The translations under genes and the position numbers were made by a program. This document shows positions 61,971-64,000 of a DNA stretch of 64,000 nt, piece by piece (the first letter of the stretch is position 1; the number at the start of each line of letters is the position of its first letter). Below the pieces are notes generated by a model, which had not been told where the DNA came from, ran no database searches, and saw nothing but the letters and a program-made list of their open reading frames with translations. The DNA lies in assembly GCA_016839765.1 (NCBI GenBank), contig JAEOTP010000015.1, positions 1 through 64,000 on the forward strand, given 5' to 3'. This DNA is from Promethearchaeota archaeon. GTDB taxonomy: Archaea; Asgardarchaeota; Lokiarchaeia; Sigyniarchaeales; SOKP01.

Positions 61971-63065
61971 ATTGAATATCAAATAATTATTGGAGATACT
62001 CCACCTGGAATAATAACTGAGGATATTCGGGAAATTGGTACTCCAGAAAAGGGTAAGGTTTTTGAGGAGCAAATTGAAGAAGTAGAGAGGGAAGCAAAAT
62101 TATTTCCTAAAGGTGTAATTCACCATCTTTCAACTGAAGCCTACGTTTGGAACTTTTCTCTAGTGTATCAAGCTCGTAGTTTTGATGTAATTAAATGGAA
62201 AACTGCCTTTTCTTGGAAAGAGGCTATGGATGAAAAAGAAATGAAAAAATATGAAATTGAAAAAGGCTTGTTCATCGGTGTAGTTGCTGGAATATTCTTT
62301 TTTTTAATAGATGAAAATATTGATAGAAATTACATTCAATTAGCAGAAATGATTGACATTTTCATTCAAAAAACCAATCAGGAGGCACCATTTTTAGTCT
62401 ATGGGCTTTTAGAAAGTAAAAAAAAAGTTACTGAATTAAAAACTAATAAAGAAATGCTCAAAAATCTAGCGGATATAAAAACTTTGGTATCTAAATATGG
62501 TGGTGAATTTAAGCTAGAGAATTTAAAAGAAATTAAAATAAATTTACCATCCTTGATCAGAGAATATTCCCATTATATATTAACAACCTTTAAATCTTCT
62601 GCAACGAATTATAAAAATCTTAAACTTAATCAAGTATATTTCTTAGACTATGAAGATTTAACCGCATTAAGAGAGATTGAACTTTCATTAAGTCAACAAT
62701 TAAAAGCTGGAGAGACTGTAGATGAATTGTTAGCTGAATTGTTCTTTAAATATCTAAAGCAGTATCAAGAAAAAATTGAACCTGTTATAGAAGAACCGGT
62801 AGCTCAAGAAGTTGAAAAACCTGTTCCTAAAAGAGCTCAAATAATTAAGGTAATTATCGAAGAAATTAAAAAAGGAATAAGAAGACAATGTCCTGAATGC
62901 CTTAATAATGACAGAAATAAAATTAGAGAAGTTTTAGATAAAGATAATATAATAATGGAAAACCCAAACATTTACGGGTTTAAATATATCTGCGGAATGT
63001 GTGGTTGTGAATTTACTAAAACAGATATGATAAAAAAGGTAAAAGAAGAACAAAAAACTTCTTAG
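61971..63065 (+). CDS. Hypothetical protein: degenerate GTPase-like N-terminal domain plus C-terminal zinc ribbon
   Basis: Frame open from 61938; first canonical start GTG 62163; CPEC...CGMC at C-terminus; true start uncertain. Confidence 0.65.
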   Translation: MEYQIIIGDTPPGIITEDIREIGTPEKGKVFEEQIEEVEREAKLFPKGVIHHLSTEAYVWNFSLVYQARSFDVIKWKTAFSWKEAMDEKEMKKYEIEKGLFIGVVAGIFFFLIDENIDRNYIQLAEMIDIFIQKTNQEAPFLVYGLLESKKKVTELKTNKEMLKNLADIKTLVSKYGGEFKLENLKEIKINLPSLIREYSHYILTTFKSSATNYKNLKLNQVYFLDYEDLTALREIELSLSQQLKAGETVDELLAELFFKYLKQYQEKIEPVIEEPVAQEVEKPVPKRAQIIKVIIEEIKKGIRRQCPECLNNDRNKIREVLDKDNIIMENPNIYGFKYICGMCGCEFTKTDMIKKVKEEQKTS

Positions 63066-63134
63066 TTAATGAATTTTTATATTTTTTGAATTATTTAACC
63101 AAATTATTAACTTATTTTTCAACGGGTGTATATA

Positions 63135-64000
63135 ATTAAAATAGAGTATGCAAATCGATTAGGGAGATTGCCTAAATATATTTTTGCTGCTATTGAAGAG
63201 CTAAAAGAACAGAAAAAAAAAGAAGGAATGGATTTAATTTCTCTCGGTATAGGAGATCCTGATTTACCAACTCCAAATGTAATTATTGAAGAATTAATTA
63301 AACAAGTTAAATTACCTGAAAACCAAAATTATCCCTCCAGTATGGGTGAGCAAGAATTTAGAGAGGCAATAGCAAAATGGAATAAAATAAGATATGGAAT
63401 AAATTTAAACCCCTCTACAGAAGTTTCTCATGTCTTGGGAGGTAAAGAAGGAGTAGCAAACATTGCAAGAGCTTTTATTAACCCAGGAGATCTCGTATTA
63501 TGCCCTAATCCTGGATATCCTGTTTATGAAAATGGTGCTACAAAATTATGCGATGGAGAGCCATATTTAATGCCATTAAAAAAAGAAAATAATTTCTTAC
63601 CAGAAATTGAAGCAATTGATAAAGAAGTCCTTAAGAAAGCTAAATTGATATATTTAAATTACCCTAATAATCCTACTGGTGCGATAGTTCCTAGAGATTA
63701 TTTAAAAAAAATGATTGATTTTGCTGAAGATTATAATTTTATCATAGTTTATGACAATCCATATTCAGAATTCACCTATGGTAATTATATTGCCCCCTCT
63801 ATATTGCAATTTAGTTTAGATCACGTAGAAATCAACAGCGCATCCAAAATGTTTAATATGACAGGTTTTCGATGCGGTTGGATAGCTGGAAATGCTGAAA
63901 TAATTGAGGGCCTAAGAAAAGTTAAATCTCAAATTGATTCAGGGGGTTCAATTTTTATTCAAAAAGCACTAATTAAGGGTCTCAATGAATATACTTCGCA
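63135..64000 (+). CDS. dapL: LL-diaminopimelate aminotransferase-like class I/II PLP aminotransferase, 3' truncated by window
   Basis: Manual translation: YANRLGRLPKYIF, LGIGDPDLPTP, GGKEG, PGYPVY, LNYPNNPTGA, DNPYSE, SASKMFNMTGFRCGW, KSQIDSG. Confidence 0.85.
   Translation, partial: MKIEYANRLGRLPKYIFAAIEELKEQKKKEGMDLISLGIGDPDLPTPNVIIEELIKQVKLPENQNYPSSMGEQEFREAIAKWNKIRYGINLNPSTEVSHVLGGKEGVANIARAFINPGDLVLCPNPGYPVYENGATKLCDGEPYLMPLKKENNFLPEIEAIDKEVLKKAKLIYLNYPNNPTGAIVPRDYLKKMIDFAEDYNFIIVYDNPYSEFTYGNYIAPSILQFSLDHVEINSASKMFNMTGFRCGWIAGNAEIIEGLRKVKSQIDSGGSIFIQKALIKGLNEYTS

Noticed and set aside
1-64000. CRISPR array, rRNA, intact transposase, genome-wide stop-codon reassignment
   Set aside because: No regular repeat-spacer pattern or long GC-rich RNA seen; TAA, TAG and TGA all terminate full-length conserved genes

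Overview
Low-GC archaeal chromosomal window, most consistent with an Asgard archaeon (Lokiarchaeia-like). Support: archaeal cdhB/C/D, Alba, a PolB1-type polymerase, a BHB-intron tRNA, several Ras-superfamily GTPase-fold genes and many beta-oxidation/SCP2 genes. Contents in order: partial cdhD; a GC-shifted SDR; a lipid-catabolic block (CoA ligase, crotonase, CrtI/RetSat-family oxidoreductase, FAD/[2Fe-2S] reductase, SCP2, Fe-ADH); a polar amino-acid ABC transporter; thiolase-DUF35-SCP2; an orphan N6-adenine methylase with fused TRD; alba; cooT; cdhB-cdhC; cooF-cooS-FNOR; NAD salvage genes; an Mre11-like nuclease; an ether-lipid cluster (GGR-like, tes, polyprenol-kinase-like); polB; tRNA-Thr(UGU) with two non-canonical introns; a GTPase plus TPR/longin-like pair; partial dapL. 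Main leads: recurrent probable ATT initiation codons, the two-intron tRNA whose unspliced anticodon reads GUG, three GTPase-fold proteins in different states of degeneracy, and a possible two-component lipid saturase module. No CRISPR array, rRNA or intact transposase/integrase was seen. All product calls come from motif recognition by eye, not database searches.
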